From Amphiscolops sp. MND2022 (Eukaryota): 60,000 nt of DNA. The translations under genes were made by a program, and so were the position numbers. The notes under the pieces were generated by a model. It saw only the letters and a program-made list of their open reading frames with translations. It made no database searches and was not told where the DNA came from. Shown one piece after another: positions 59,049 to 60,000 of this stretch. The DNA lies in the NCBI GenBank assembly GCA_964187785.1, contig OZ076409.1, forward strand, positions 80,664,001 to 80,724,000, read 5' to 3'. Position 1 is the first letter of the stretch; the number at the start of each line of letters is the position of its first letter.

Positions 59049-59420
59049 GTAACAAAATAACGGGTGGCTGTAAATAGGTCGAATTTTTCTGGTCGAAAGG
59101 ACAGAGGTCGAACCTTTTGATCAAATTGCAGGGATCGAATGGAATGCGGTCGAATTTTATCGTATTTGTTGTATGGCTCGGTCGCTTCGCTCCCTTCGCC
59201 AAGTAGCAATATTGAGGCATTGCCATATGGCACGTCGCTCCGCTTCGCTTCGCTCCTGCAATCAGGGCACTAGGGGTATGTGAACATATCCGACTACGTT
59301 ATAAAAATTTCAATCCGAGTTGTTTCGATCCCATTCAAAAATTTGGTATGTCGACCTGAGGACCAACTCTGATTTTCGATCCCGTTCCTTCGACCTACTT
59401 CCGCCCACCCATTTTGTTAC
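59049..59420. mobile_element. MITE-like element with GGTCGAA-repeat arms (ends uncertain)
   Basis: GTAACAAAAT..GGGTGG..TAGGTCGAA inverted at TTCGACCTA..CCACCC-ATTTTGTTAC; carries the same 134-bp core as 6815-6948; no clear TSD. Confidence 0.6.
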
Positions 59421-59853
59421 TGGTCTACTGGGATAGTGTCTAGTATGGGGTTCCCTAAGTTCGTTGCAGACCATGGGTGTGTGTCTTCTCCCCCAACATG
59501 ATGATACACATGGCACTTGATTGATGACGAAGTTCCATGATATCTGATAGAGGAAAAAAAGATTTAAAATGACTAGAAGACTGAATTGAGACAAGTCAAC
59601 ACAGATAAAACATGACGATTGTTAAAATATACAGATTGATTAAGACATTTTCAACAGCAGGTACATTTTAAGAACATTTTGCAGCTACTGTCTTCATAGC
59701 TAGTTAGCAGGGATTCCAATTAATTGGGTCAGCAAGGATTTGGTATTTGTTTATTTGGTTTGTTTCGCTACTATTTGGGTATGTTGACAAAATTGTCTGA
59801 ACGGAGCTCTTTTCTTTGGTGATCTCAATACCTATTGGGGAGACAAGGTATGT

Positions 59854-60000
59854 CTAAGCTGTCCTAAGCTGTCGCTTGTCCTTGAGAGATTATTGTTTAA
59901 TTTTATTTACCCTAGAATTAGTCGAATGATTAAACGTGAACAACATGGTTTCATGAAATCTAGAAGCACTGTTTCTCAAATGATCAGCTACCTGGACAGT
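59854..60000 (+). mobile_element. 5'-truncated CR1-like LINE RT fragment running off the window
   Basis: KLSLVLERLLFNFIYPRISRMIKREQHGFMKSRSTVSQM (QHGF..RST motif). Confidence 0.75.

Overview
This is eukaryotic, AT-rich invertebrate genomic DNA. An acoel-like host is my unverified guess from the repeat landscape. The window is dominated by nested transposons. A BEL/Pao LTR retrotransposon (10826-39035, TSD CTATC) carries an extra SGNH-hydrolase-like ORF and a four-hairpin array upstream of gag. Its 3' LTR is interrupted by an 18.5-kb Ty3/gypsy element (20393-38938, TSD ATTG) with a very long gag-pol, a chuvirus-like class III envelope gene and at least two further unknown ORFs, a layout resembling a complex retrovirus. 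Both LTR elements have decayed ORFs. Downstream, an intact hAT transposon sits inside a CR1/L2-like LINE. Host genes are an uncharacterised 468-aa repeat protein, RRS1, DCAF15 and UBLCP1; UBLCP1 appears to need a non-canonical GG-AG intron. The remainder holds Helentron/DINE-1-like non-autonomous elements, several MITEs and two tRNA-Gly-like relics. All calls come from reading the sequence by eye, and no database searches were run.
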